Below, piece by piece: positions 26,713 through 40,313 of a stretch of DNA of 64,000 bases. Positions within the stretch are counted from its first letter, which is position 1, and every line of letters begins with the position of its first letter. Source of the DNA: Epiperipatus broadwayi (taxonomy: Eukaryota > Animalia > Onychophora); the NCBI GenBank assembly GCA_028023455.1, contig JAQFVV010000001.1:27404001-27468000 (forward strand), read 5' to 3'. The notes under the pieces are model-generated. The model worked only from the letters and a program-made list of their open reading frames with translations, ran no database searches and was not told where the DNA came from. Made by a program: the position numbers and the translations under genes.

Positions 26713-27421
26713 TCTTATGTTTACTCTAGATTACTGATATAACACCAATGGGTATACATATGTTTTAATAACACTCGATTGATTATTTATTTACAGATTT
26801 AAGTAATAATGGCTATACACCTCTGCTATTGTCTAGCAGGGTACACTACTAATTCTAATGGGAACTGTTGAAGAAGAGACCCTGTGTGCCCATATACATA
26901 GGTCTACCCATTTCCAGCTGGACTTGACAACCTCGCTCTTGAGAGGTATTGCAACTCTTCCGACTGTCTTTACAGCTTGCCTTGAGTCGGCTTTGGTTCT
27001 GGCAGCTTCCAGTTCTGAATGTGGACTTGCCTTGTTGCATTAGCCATTAGCTTAAATAGCTATAGTTTGGAGAAGGATCATTGCTGTTGAGGTTAGTAGG
27101 AGTTTCCTTTGACCATATAGGAGAAGTAGGCTACTGTTATTCATGTTTAACAGTTGTTTTCTGGAGAACATATATTGTCTTTTAGGTTTGATAGTCATTC
27201 TCCTTACTTTCTCAAAGGCTGACTATTTATTGCCAGATCCCCACTCTTAATGGAATCATTCAGATTCAATGAGCATCATTACCTATTAGCCTGTTCTTGC
27301 CACTGGCTATGCACTATCTTTATATATATGGATTGGTTAGCAACAATGAATGCTCAATCTGATCACGATAAGAAAGGAATCTGAATTAGTCTGTTATTTG
27401 AAGAGAAGGTAAGATATGACA
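26713..27421 (-). repeat. 5' LTR of the Gypsy element
   Basis: Homologous to 23823-24739 and followed on the minus strand by the PBS-like motif. Confidence 0.8.
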
Positions 27422-29074
27422 CCATGAATTTTATTGCTTTGTCTACTATTGTAAAATACATATACTGTTTATTATTTCAAAACAAATTGATTTCTACTAG
27501 AGTATAAATTGATTTTTCTCTATCAAAACAAATTTTGTGCTATAAAATTCTTCAGAACTATTTCAGATTATGAAAATGTATTATCAGATTACCAAATTCT
27601 TATTAGGATCTCTGATTACCAAAAAGCCACTATGTAAATGTTAAATGAGTGGTAACCCAAGGGTATCATGTTGAAAAGGATTTATAAGGACTGTATTTTT
27701 TTCATCATATCTTTAATCATGTATTTAGAATAATTTTTAATCATGTATTTAGAATAATTTTGAAAAAATCAACAATTTATGATTTGCATTAGACACTACA
27801 TTACTAGATGAAAATAAATAAGATTTGAAATATTTTGTTTTCAAAGTGAAATGAAAAAGTGAAATAGCTGGGCTCTTAATATCAAAAATATTTTTTTTAT
27901 TAGTAAAATAAAAAAAGAATTTTAAATAAATACTGATAATCTAGAAATAAAAGATTGTATTTCTAGAATTTAAAATTTGCAAAAATAATTACTTTACTAA
28001 ATAAATCTGATAATTAATGACAGTGATACCTTAAAGATAAAAATGAGAATTGCCCCACATTATTTTTTCTAATATTAGTATATGATTGTGAAAATTGGAC
28101 TTTATATTATTGTAGACAAAAGATTAATACTTTTGAATTATGGAGCTGAAGAAAGCTTCTTTGAATTACTTTAAAGTAAAAAAGAATCAGTAAATCAGTC
28201 ATTAAATGAATTTAATCTGAATGTATAGGTTGATGGTTTATTGTAAAAAAAAAAAATTAAAAAAAAGCCCCAAGTTATCCATGTCTGTGAACTGTGAATG
28301 ATGACTGATATAATGGAGATCCAAGACATAGTCTAGCTAAATCTTGAGCAGATAATAATAATCATATTTAGGTGAGACTTCTTTGTTTTTTATTATATCA
28401 TTCACATTTAATTGTGATTGTTATAATTATAAAGAGGAGCAGATGGATATAAATGGATTAAGAAAGTTTTTTGATTTTTTTTAAATTACTGTGTTAATGT
28501 TGAATTGCATTATAAATGTTAATTTAACTAATCTAGACAACTTCATATGAGCCATGTTATTGCAAAATTTTTTGAAGAAATGCTACACTTTTCTATTTTT
28601 TTTTCTTTAATTGTATGTGAATTTATCATGGTTCCCATGTTGTTTCCTGAGTTAACTTAGCATCTTTCATCTAATGTAACCAATTAGAACGGTGTATTCA
28701 GTTATTAGTTTAAATTTTATATTTCAATTTATTTTTTTTACTTCCAACATTTTGTAATTGTAATCAGGATTAAATCAATAAATGTTTTTAATAGCTTCAA
28801 AAGTTATGGACTTAATATTTTTTTAAAAAAGGTTAATAGTAAATAAAATATGACTATTATACTTATTTGAGCAGATTAATTATATTAACTTATGAATAAA
28901 ATATAACAAATGGATTTTATTCTTTAATTCATAATCATTGTGAAGTTAGTAATTTAATTAATCTCATTGATTCAATTATTTTATAAATTAAAATCTTATA
29001 TTCTTTTACATTTCTGTTGGAAAAAAAAATAGTCAATTTGTGAAGATAGGTGGCATTTCAGGTAAGAAATTTGC

Positions 29075-29107
29075 TATAAGGAGAAGTCACAGTGCATCAC
29101 ATCACAT
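29075..29107 (+). mobile_element. Very short LINE 3'-tail fragment
   Basis: tataaggagaagtcacagtgcatcacatcacat matches tataaggagaagctacaatacctcacatcacat at 14199-14231. Confidence 0.55.
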
Positions 29108-31859
29108 ATAAATTTGTGTAACCTCTTGTCTTCAAGTCAAAAGTGTTAAACAGTCCAATTGTCTTTCTTTATTAGTTCCATCCTAAAATTCTTTTTGTAT
29201 GTTTTTTAATATCATAAAGGACTCTTTCCCACATATTTCTTCAAACTTCCCAGAATGTCTCTTTCTCTTGTAGGATCAAACATTATTTTCTTATTTCTGT
29301 GTTATTTCTTCAAGCCAAACTATTTAGCTATCATATGATGCTATTTAGGTTCATTAGATTAGACTATATTCATATTATAAAGCCAAAATAAAATATTCAT
29401 ATTTTTCTGTCAGGATTGGTTTAGTCATGTCTACTTTGGACAACCAAATTTAAAAAAAAACTAATGTAAGTAAGGAATAAAACAGGCAAAACTCTCCATA
29501 CAGTAGCATAGTGATCATGTAATGTTTAGTGGTTTAAATAAGAAGTATATAGCATAGCGCCTAATTGTGATACACATTGGTTACAGTTATTCAGAGACTT
29601 TGGAATATCCAATTGGCCAATTTTAGTAATAGCACAAATAACAATAATGACTAATAAGAGACATATTGAATAAATGAAATAAAAATCATTAGGAATTCAT
29701 TAAAATATATTAAAATAATACTATAATGATTGTTATTTATTGGATTCTATAGCTAAGCAGATAATTTAACAGTTATTTAATTTTTTTTTATTATATTAAA
29801 TTACCTCAATAAGTACTAACTAATTCTTAAGTCATGTATTCATTTACATAACACTTACTAATATCTTTCTGAAAACAATCATGGACAAAGTTTCAGTAGT
29901 AAACTGATAATTTTAGCTATCAAATGAATAACAATTGGTTGCACATTAAAATTAAATTCGATATATGCGCATGTATATATTGCCTTTGAATTTTACTTTG
30001 CAGTTAACACTAGCACAGAGTCTAATTAAATATCCTTTCATAGTCACATGTATGAATATTACACATTTAAATACTCTTTACAATATGCATTCGTACCATG
30101 CCAAATAATCATCATTGTTTAAATTAATATTATAACCTCACACCTACTCTACAAATATTTGAATTATCTCGAAAATTATAACCATCCAATCAAGACTATA
30201 TTAATAAATTAATAAAATAAAAGAACATTCCAGCATCAGCTTTAGCAGGCTGCCCATAAATCCCTCAACTTTATTTTATCCTTTTTTAAAATAAAATATC
30301 TAAATACTGGTCACAATCATATATTTTAAAATCTGATAGGGTATTAAATCTCCATTGATCTACCAGTTCTGATTTATATTTATAAGGCTTACATAAATAA
30401 TATTATTTTCTTATAATTTAAATAATTATTAGTATGATTTGGAAGAGCCAAACTATATATATACATTTTAAATAAACAATTTAACTGTGGGGTTTAGTTC
30501 ACACAAATAATTCACTTTTTAAAAACTTAAACTAGCATTAAAATAATATAATATGAATTAAATTATTAAGTTTAATTTTTACAATATTTATTAGTTTAAA
30601 GAAAAAAGATCAATGGTGAAATAATAATAATAATAATATAAGTTTATAGATAAAAGAAAGTTTGTTTAGCATTTAAATCAAATTCATGAAATGTCTGTAG
30701 ATTAAAATGATTCCTTAGATCAGTTTTTAGGCAGCAGTCAGAAAAGTTCATCTGCGATAATAAATTGTTTTTTTTTTTTTTTAATGCATGTTTTTTATTT
30801 TATTTATTTTAAAATTCCAAGTTGAAGTTGCTTTTGCAGGATATTATGATTTCCTTGACTGATTTTATTATTTTTAAACATTGAGTCACAATCAGGTTAC
30901 AAATTATTTATTGGTTCATAATCAGTTTGTCACATATGTGAAATATTATCATTGATAGCTGTAGACTAATTTTTAGCCACTTCAAGACCCAAGAGCATTC
31001 CTGTGAGCAGTTTCTATCCACATAGGAAGGCCTTCTTAGATGTAGACTAACAATACATGGAAGATTTTCCTGGTGCCTGAAAAAGATTCTTGTTTGTGGC
31101 ACATTACTTGTAGGTAAAATCTCTATTAACAATCAGCATGGATATGCAGGAAAAAGTCAAAAGAAGAAAAGATAAGAATATAAGACAAGCTGATGTCTGT
31201 CATCTGCTCTTTATACTACAGTTTTTACTTAAGAATTTGTAATCTCATAATTAAAAACAGCCTTATAAAAATAGTTCTATTTTTAAACATATTAAACATT
31301 TTATGACAAGAAAAGAGTACATTTTAATATGATACAAATTTTTATCTTTGATTTTAATTGATTTTATGTATAAACCTTAATCTAATATCCTGTAGGTTTT
31401 TTTTTTACTTGGATCATATTAATTAAAAACTGTGTTTAAATAAATCCTTCAATTTCAATAAAGGATTTATCTTATAAAAAAAAAAAAAAATGTATTTCCT
31501 ATTTAAAATAACAATCTAAATTATAAAATATTTTTATTTAAACACAAATGAAATTTCTATATCTAATATGTGGACAAATATCTATACTAAATTTAAAATG
31601 TAAATTGTTATGTGATATTTACTTGGATCTACTATTTGTAATATGCTATTTAATTTTTGAACCTTAAATTACTTTTTCTATTGCCAACTATCCAACTAAA
31701 CTTGAAATATAGATTTCCATTTCAAATTTTTCTCTATGGAATGGGAAAAAACTTTTTATTATTAATATCTAATTTTAAATTTTCCAAAGAAATTTTTTTT
31801 TTTTTTTATCATTAAAACAAATAGTGTATCTTCATGTTCCATTACTATTCCATGTGTTT

Positions 31860-32450
31860 AATCACTTTTTTCTGGACTCTGACTGAAAATCTCCATCAAG
31901 GCCCTCTTCATTATCATTTTGGATCGGATTTATAATAACTCGGTTTTACTATCTCCTTGGGATGGTAATGTTTTTAGTAATTTTCTTCCACCATGCCTTG
32001 GAATTACTTTTGGCCTTGCTTGGGATGCTGTTGGCATTTGCTTTTCCTTTGATAAAATTTTACCAAATTTCTAGACTTATTTGATGATATTGTTATTTTT
32101 ACAATTTTTATAATGCTGATATCATATGCTACTCCTTGTATAACTTGGACTTTACATTAAATTTTATTGTCTGCCATACTCAGGTAATCTTTACATTTGA
32201 TTATATTTGTGTACTCTCCCTTGTTAGACATTTCTTTTACCTGCTGGTAGCAAACTTCATTTTCTAAACTAGTTTTTTTGTCACATTTCATCATCTTTGT
32301 ATCATTACTTGCCAAGTCTATCTTTATAATCTTAATGATTTGTCTCTTTATATCAGTAATATCTTTTACAGTTCTTTCTACTTCTTGCTGAGACAATATT
32401 TCTTTCTTTATATCACTCTCCAAGTTATTTTTTTCCCCCATAAGAATAAG
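31860..32450 (-). mobile_element. Unclassified decayed coding-like remnant, probably TE-derived
   Basis: Purine-rich minus strand with a 94-aa K/E/I-rich ORF (32157-32441). No splice context and no motif that I recognise. Confidence 0.25.
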
Positions 32451-34521
32451 ACTTTATAAAACTAAGATCAACTTCAGCTAGCTTGATGCCAGGTATGCTC
32501 CTCTTCTCTCTGTTATTTTATTCCACAACTGTATTTTCTTCATATTGAATTAATTCTAATGTATTTATCTACATTGAAGCAGTTAATTTAAAATGATGTT
32601 AAAAATAATAGTGTATTAAAAAAGAAAGCGAAATAAGGATTATATTTGTTAATTCAATTTTTTGTAGATAGTATAATTTTGTTATGAAATGAAGAATGGT
32701 TTTAAAAATAATAGTCATATTTTTTTCTTGACTATGGATAGAGTGAGTATATAAATGCATATGGAATAAATGTAAACAAACACACCAAAAAAACCCTACA
32801 GTGGAGCCATGAAGTACACTAAATTTTGTTTCAAGCCCTCCAGTGTTCATGGAAATAGTTATAGTAGCTTACTTTTTGTTAATAAACAATGATTAGAATA
32901 GAATATATATTGTTTATTGAACTGTAAGTATATAGTATTTTTCAAAACATATATAACAGACATTTTTTGTATGTATATTCTGAATATATAAATCAAAATT
33001 ATAATATAAACAAAATTTAAAAAAAAGTAATAATAATATAATTATTAATAATAAATGGAGACCGTATTTATTTTATTTCACTCATGCACCTATTGAAGCA
33101 TCTGTATTTTTATCTTTGTAACAGTTTTTTTTTCAGTAACTTTTTTGTCGGGCAGAACAATAGATTCTTCTTTTTTTTTAAGAAATTACTATAGCCCATT
33201 ATGTTAATGTTTAATGAATATTCTTAAATCTTGTAAAACTTTTACTTTTAGGAAATATTCAGAAAGTATAACAAAGATAGATTAAAATATTTGTGCTTTC
33301 AACATAAACTGTAGATAGTTTTACCTGTAATTTGTATGTGCTCTGTTGCAGAGATGGAAAAATGCCTGCGGAATATGCAAATTTTAATGTTTTGTTTTTT
33401 TTTTTGGTTTATTTATTTACATTTTTGGTTGTTTGTTTACATTTTATTTTGGATAATGTATAATTAAAATAATTTAGTTAGATACAGCTTAGGTTGCAAT
33501 TCTACTATTTAATTTATTACATAAAAATAAATGAACAGTGTTAGTGATTAATTTTGATGATAAATAAAAAAATAAAATATGTCATTCTGATTATTATTAT
33601 TTTAAAAGAAAAAAATATTAATATCTAAAATTTTGTTTTGTTTATTACAATTAGTTTTGTTTAAAGAATGCTATGTCGATTGTGATAATATAAAAATATT
33701 TTCATTAACTCGATAGTCTGATAGATAAGAAGATGGGAAAGAAAGGGGAGAGATTTATTTCTCTCAGTCGCCAGATTTCTAAGAGTTGGATTAATGGATT
33801 AATTTATAATTGTATTACTCTTGTCTAATGGTTGATTTCATAATCATTGTGTGATGGAAGCAAACCATGAAATGTTTGGATAACTAATGCCATTAGGAGC
33901 TTCACTACTGGATCATAAGCAGGTCCCAAAGAAAAGAAAACCTCATATTTAGTAAAACTGATTAGACAATTATTTTTTTATAGTGCACTTTACAACAAAG
34001 TAAAGTGATCCAAATGATAATATTGTTTTATTATTAATTTCTTTGTTTTATTTCAAAGTATTATTGATGGTATAGTTAAAGCATTCTAAAAATAAATGGT
34101 TCAAATATAGTTTAATAATTATTGTACTTTTAAAAAATATTCAGTTTAAAGAATATTTTTTAAAAAAGAACAATTATTGATAGGAAAATGTTTTCATTGA
34201 TTTTCTATACACATTGGAATATCTAAGTTTTTAAAAGAAATAATTAAAAAAATTATAAATATATACAGTCATAATTTTATAATTGGATATTGTTTATAAT
34301 CTTTTAAAATAAGCTTAGATAAATATAACATGAAATATCAACTTTTAAACTACATAAAATAGAGTTTATTTTGTGGAACTGAACAGATATTTTTATTTTA
34401 TATACATGTGTAAAGAGATTGTGCTGTAATGACCTTATAATTTAGGAATAAGATCTCAACTTGTAGACGTATGTTAAGCAAATGTATTATTGTATATGTC
34501 GTGTAAGTTTAAAGAATCAGG

Positions 34522-34770
34522 GGTACTTAGATATTAGTCCTGCAATGTAGGGGAGATGGTACATCTTTTCACATCCGCAATGCTAGCTCAAAGCGCCACA
34601 GTTTGTGGAGAGGGAGGCAAATGGTTTTGCCAGCACAAAACGTTGGCATACACAAGAAATTATACTATGTAATATCTGTGATAATGTATGTTAATTTATA
34701 ATTTTTAATTATTGCAGGTGTGAAAAGGTGTACCATCTCTCCTATGTTGCAGGATTAATACATAAGTACC
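34522..34770. mobile_element. Small hairpin MITE-like element (~60-bp TIRs)
   Basis: ggtacttagatattagtcctgcaatgtaggggagatggtacatcttttcacatccgcaat is inverted at 34711-34770. Confidence 0.75.
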
Positions 34771-36808
34771 AAATCAGACATTTTAATTATAATGATGATG
34801 ATATATTTAGCATAATAATGTTACTGATGAATATAGCAGCATTTTATATGTTAAGTAGAAAATAGATATAAAGAAAATATTTTATATAAAAGTAAAATTA
34901 AGAGTATATGTGTTCTTAATAATATATGTGTTCTTAATAATATAAAAATGTTTTTGATTTTAAAGGAATAAAATTAAATGGCTGTCAGAGCAAATTTTTT
35001 ATAGAACATTTAAAAGATATATTTATAACATGTATAATTGTATAAAATTTCTGCATAGGTTCATAATTTGAAATATTTAGTAAATCAACATAAATTATAT
35101 ATGGTAGACAAATATAAATATAGAAAATAGTTGGTAAGCACGGTAGAAATAGTGTATGTTTTTGGTCTGCAAACATTTTCAATTTACTTGTGTGTATGAA
35201 TTTTTATATGGGATATATATTTATTTAACACATATAAATAGTTTTCAATATATTTATTTATTTTATAAATGAATATAGGAGTACAATTCTAAGAAAAGAA
35301 ACTATGAGTAGCTATATTAGGTATTTATTTATTTAATTTGTATATTTTATTCCTGAGTTTTTTGGAATCAAGTTACATTGTTATTTATTATATAAGTCCT
35401 TAGTCTATTTTGAATGATCTGTAGTTTTGATGAGTTGAGATAACTGTTGAGTTAATCTAATATGGATAAGGAGTTGTAGCATGAGTATGTACTGGAAAGC
35501 ATGTTCATTTGTGTGACACTCATAATTTAGAAATAGTTGCAAGTTGGGATGGATTATATTAATGGTTTGTAATCATATTCTAATTAAATTCACTTTCATA
35601 TCATTATAATTTTGGATTCCTAATGATGAAGCTGATAAACTTATACCCCTGAAAGGAAAAGTAAGGCCTCAATAAATTTATATCTTTGGGAAGAAAAATA
35701 TATTGCCTTGAAACAAATAAGTAAATAAACAATAATAAAATAAATAAATACATACCTGGTGTTTACATTTTACACTTTCATCTGTCTTATCCTAAAATTG
35801 ACTATCCATAGTTTATTTTCTTAGAATAGTACTCCTATATCTTTTTTGCAAAAATAATAAATAAATATATAGTAAATTATTTATACAAATTAGAACTAAA
35901 TCTGTGAGTCCAACACTAAAATTTATTTACACATGTAAATCAAACTTTAAATATATGAGATTAATAACATACATTATTTTGACTACACATAACAATTACT
36001 GTCATTTTTTGTGTTTGCTTAATTACATCTATAATTTATTTTGATTTATTAAATGTTTCAATAATGAACTTGAACAGAAATTTTACATAACAATTTCAAA
36101 CTAATATTAATAATTATAAAATCTCTGATGGATTATATAGAGTGAATATACTTTCAAATATTTTATAAAACATTTGCTTTTTCATGCCGTTTAATTTTAT
36201 TCTCTTTAAAGCTGGACACATCTTTATATTATTAAGAACACATATACCTCTCATCTTCTTTTTATATAAAATATTTCATATATATTGATTTTCATATCCA
36301 TATTTTTTTTAATTATTTGTTTTGAAAACTTATAGTTATTCAAATGTGTGTTTTTAAAAACCATTATCATCATTATTAATAATAAAAATAAACTCATTTT
36401 CTCTTTAAAAATCTGGTCCCAAATAATTTTCATATATAAAAAAATCAATAAAATTGTTTTCTCCCCATTTTTTTTTTAAAGTTATTTTCATGACTCTCTA
36501 TATATTCCAATACATTATACATATTTTCAATATTTTACCTACTTGCAGTCATTATCAAAGGTCTACAAATATATATTTATATACATTATTATTATAAGTA
36601 TATAATTTTTAACTCATAATATTTCTTTAGCATCTACCTATATTTCTTTACATTAGATATATTTTACTACTATTATTACTTACATCCCCCTATTCTTTAT
36701 TATTTAAAATTTTTTATTACATCTTATCCAAATGAATGAAACTGTTATATACTACTCTTTGTTTAACAATTTGCTCTATTTAAATCTGTTTTTTTGTTAA
36801 TAAATAAG

Positions 36809-36888
36809 CTTCCTTTTAACATTTTTTCCTTATATAATTTCGCATTTTCTAAATGTGAAATTATATAAGGAAAGAATGTTAAAAGAAG
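36809..36888. repeat. Near-perfect 80-bp hairpin nested in the left palindrome arm
   Basis: cttccttttaacattttttccttatataatttcgcattt-tct-aaatgtgaaattatataaggaaagaatgttaaaagaag. Confidence 0.85.
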
Positions 36889-37361
36889 TATTAATAATTT
36901 TTATTAGTTATTCATTAGATTAGAGATTATTCAGTAATGAATATTTCTGTAGTGTAATTTTCACTACACTCTCACGCAAGGTAGTGACTGGTTTCTATCT
37001 GCTTCTAATACCTTGTGAAGAGATATAATCATTAATATCTAACCAAAGATATGTGAAAAAGATCTTTGAACCCCAAGGGGTGTACATTTCGAGTTGAACC
37101 AGCATTCATTAGTTGGCCCAGACCATAATCTCTTATCCATATTTTTATCATTCTTCAGTATATTTATAACTAGCAAATTACTATACCAGCACTCATCAGT
37201 TGGCCCAGATCACAATCTCTTAACCATAGCTTTATCATTGTTCAGTATATATATATAGATAACAAATTACTATAGTTTAATTGATAATTAACTATAATAA
37301 TTTGTTACCTATATAAATACTGAACAGTGATAAAAATATAGGTAAGAGGTTGTGGTCTGGG

Positions 37362-37401
37362 CCAACTGATGAAGACTGGTTCCACGAAATGTGCATCTTG
37401 A
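37362..37401 (+). ncRNA. Minimal hammerhead-like motif in the right palindrome arm (mirror copies on minus at 37074-37116 and 37186-37203)
   Basis: ccaa-CTGATGA(37366-72)-agactggttccac-GAAA-TGTGCA-TC-ttga. The mirror copies supply gtg (stem II GTG/CAC), TGTACA (palindromic helix III) and ttgg (stem I with ccaa). Confidence 0.6.
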
Positions 37402-37666
37402 GGATCATAGATTTTTTTTCACATATCTTTGGTCATATGTTTATAATTACAACTTCCACAAGGTGTTAAAAGTGGATAGAAACCAGTTCCTACCTTGCTG
37501 AAAGTAGTGTAGTGCTAAAAGTAGTATAGTGAAAAATATACTATAGAAATATTATTCATTAATATTAAAAAAAAGTTTATATATTAACAAAGGGAAAACA
37601 GTTTTGAATAGAACAAATTGTTAAATAATGATCTTAATTAAAAGTAATTATATAAAAAGTAATATA

Positions 37667-38577
37667 CACCTGGATCTCGTTTTATGTGGATTATTTTAAT
37701 GCGATTTTGAAGTTATGCGATTTGTGTTTTTTCTTAATATCTTTCATATTTCACTATATTTATTAGATATCAAGAAATTTAAATTATTAATAACTTATTT
37801 TGACTTGAAATACTTTTTTTTTTTCAAAAATATAACGTTATAATTAGCAGCTAACGTGAATATGGCCTGAAGCTGTATTTAGAATATTAGCTTCTATGTA
37901 AATAACCTACTTATACTAATGAGTAAATAATAATAATAGATTTATATTTACATGTAAAAATATCGCAATAAATAGTCAAAAATTTTAAACTTTTAAAACG
38001 TATTTTGTTAATTATAACAGAAATAAATAATTTTTTAGATTTTTAAAATAAATAATAACGAAGATTTTACTGATTTTATAAACTGAAAATAATCTTTCTA
38101 ATGATAATCTATAATCTTTTTGTTTTGATTATAATCTCATTTTTTTAATATAGAAACAAAAAACCATTAACACAGCTCAAGACTGAAAGTGGCTCTAGTT
38201 GTATGTCACATGATGAATCTGATTTCTTAACATTTCACAAGCACATGCATATTGTCAAATAGCCAAACAACTACTAATGATTAAAATATGTATGAAAAAA
38301 TGTAAAATTAAATACTGTAGTTAAGTAAAAAAAGTTTGTCTTGCATTTTTTTTTTTCAAATATTTGAAAATTTTTATTAGTCATACTTTATTTCTTTATT
38401 TTTTTAAGGCAAATTTTAAGGTAATTTTTCCTTCTTGCTTTGCTTTTGTGCGATTTCTGAAAATTACAACTTCCTACCCCCATTTTTCAAGGTAAGTTAA
38501 GTCTATTTTTTTTGCGCGATTTCTTTTGTGCGCGTTTTCTGAGAAACCTATCTACCGCATAAAACGAGACCCAGGTG
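37667..38577. mobile_element. Non-autonomous TIR transposon (MITE), copy 2
   Basis: TA|cacctggatctcgttttatg...cataaaacgagacccaggtg|TA. Homologous to 13599-14582. The empty site is visible in the mirror arm at ~36745-36760. Confidence 0.92.
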
Positions 38578-39189
38578 TATAAAGGTTTCATTCATTTATT
38601 TATTTAAGATGTAATAAAAAATTGGTTTAAAATAATAAAAAAGTAGAGGGAGATAAGTAATCATAATACTAAAATGTATATAATGAAAAAAAAAATATGT
38701 GGATGCTAAAGAAATGTTATTATATTATAAATTAAAAATTATATATTTATAATTATAATATATATATATTTGCAAATTCTTGATAATGACTACAAGGAAG
38801 TAGTCAAAACATTGGAAACATGTATAATGTATTGGAATCTATATTGTACCGTTTATTTATATATATGGTATAAATTGCTATTTGATATTATACATCATTA
38901 AAAAAAAAAAAGAGAGAACCCGATCTTTAATTTTTTTTTGTAATTAAATTTTTTTTAAAGAAAAACTTACAATAAAAGTTTAATTTTTCTGTTTTGTAAT
39001 TTAATTAAAATAAATTCGATATTGGAAAGTGCATACTGAATAATTGATTCAGATAGTGAAAGGAAATTTGAAATGTAAAAGATTACTATCGGAAACAATT
39101 TTCTAATGGTAATTAAAGATGGCAGGAATTCATAAAGAAAAAGAGAAATAATGTAGAAGTTTACAAAATAAGAAAACAAAAGGTAAAAG

Positions 39190-39526
39190 AAATATGTGCA
39201 GAACTTCTAAAAAGGATCTGGGGATATAAAAGGAGCCGACAGGTTGGAAAAGGGTCTTTGTCGTTTTTTCACAGAGAGTGTTGAGCAGTTTGAGGTGTGT
39301 CCACTTAGATATGAACTGAAACTACTCTCCATGAGTGAATAGAACTCTATTGTTTGCCGACACTTTCTCTCAGGAAAAGTCACCTAAATCGTCATCTGGC
39401 TCTACCTAAATACTGATTGGAGACTTGGAAGGAATAAAACAATAAAAAAAAAACTACTGCGGACTACTCATTGAAAGAATTGGACGTCGGATGTCACCCA
39501 TGTAAATTTCAAACTTACCGGTAAGT
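39190..39526 (+). mobile_element. Possible solo LTR or TE-derived promoter block
   Basis: Locally higher GC and CpG. TATAAAAG at 39225, AATAAA at ~39433 and ~39441, GTAAGT donor-like site at 39521. No TG...CA ends or TSD established. Confidence 0.35.
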
Positions 39527-40313
39527 TATTGGCCATAACTTTTATATAAAGCTTTATGAACTGAAATTTAAATGAAATGTTTATCTCATAATTTTTTATC
39601 TAAAGATTTACAAACTGAGTGTTGAATGAAACTTACCACAAAAAAATAAAGGAGACACAAACTAGCTACTACTTCAAGAAGAAATATTTGAATCAAATTA
39701 TTAAATTAGTTATGCATAATCCTTTCCAATATTATATTTTTTTTGTTATCATAAATATTAGATGTTTGACGGGCTATAATAAATCTTTATTACTAATATA
39801 ACTTTCATTGTACATGTATAAAATTAATAATGTTATTATATTTAAGTTTTAGATTTCATTATTCAGATTCAAATTAATGTATAAATTACCTTTGCCTAGT
39901 AGATTTATTTTCTTAATTAAATCAAAGGGGAATATCTTCTACTACTTAATGGGAATTTTAATCCCGATCGTATAATTACTACTTTACGAGTTACGATATG
40001 TTTGACGCAGAATCAGTGAGTCTAACGACTCTGGCGCCCTCATTTATAAATTAAAAACTGATTCGGCTCGCAATTGTACTCGTAACAATTTCTAGGTAGA
40101 GTTGATCAGGAAATATAGTTGTTTTTTGAAATAAAAAAAATGAAACATTTTTTTTCTTTTCCATAACTTGATCAATTCATGCAGTTTATTGCGTACAGAG
40201 ACTTAGCAAGATATGGAAAATGGTACAATATGGATTCATGAAAATAAAAAAACTTTAAAAAGAAAAAGGGGAGAGAACAATTTTATTGAATTTTTTACCT
40301 ATGAGAGATCAAA

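Larger units (their letters stand above)
23823..27421 (-). mobile_element. Internally deleted Gypsy/Ty3 LTR retrotransposon with two diverged LTRs
   Basis: Direct repeats 23823-24739 and 26713-27421 both end ...gatatgaca (TGTCATATC on minus). Internal RT-RNaseH-integrase order. PBS-like and PPT-like motifs are correctly placed. No TSD recognised. Confidence 0.9.
36498..38845. repeat. Long imperfect palindrome centred on a 3-nt loop (37283-37285), right arm interrupted by a MITE
   Basis: 37099-37282 mirrors 37286-37385, 36930-37098 mirrors 37386-37562, 36757-36802 mirrors 37583-37630, and 36498-36752 mirrors 38578-38845. Confidence 0.88.

Noticed and set aside
27430-28400. Possible LINE RT remnants next to the Gypsy LTR
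   Set aside because: Only faint motif echoes; too degraded to support a call or boundaries.
33352-33387. ttgcag|RWKNACGICKF, resembling IDE KWQNADLNGKF
   Set aside because: In-frame TAA follows immediately, there is no LP..NEFIP, and four intervening exons would be missing.
34605-34650. GGCAAA-TGGT-TTTGCC hairpin followed by AAAACGTTGG inside the small MITE
   Set aside because: No CUGANGA, and extra bases between stem II and the GAAA position; not called a ribozyme.
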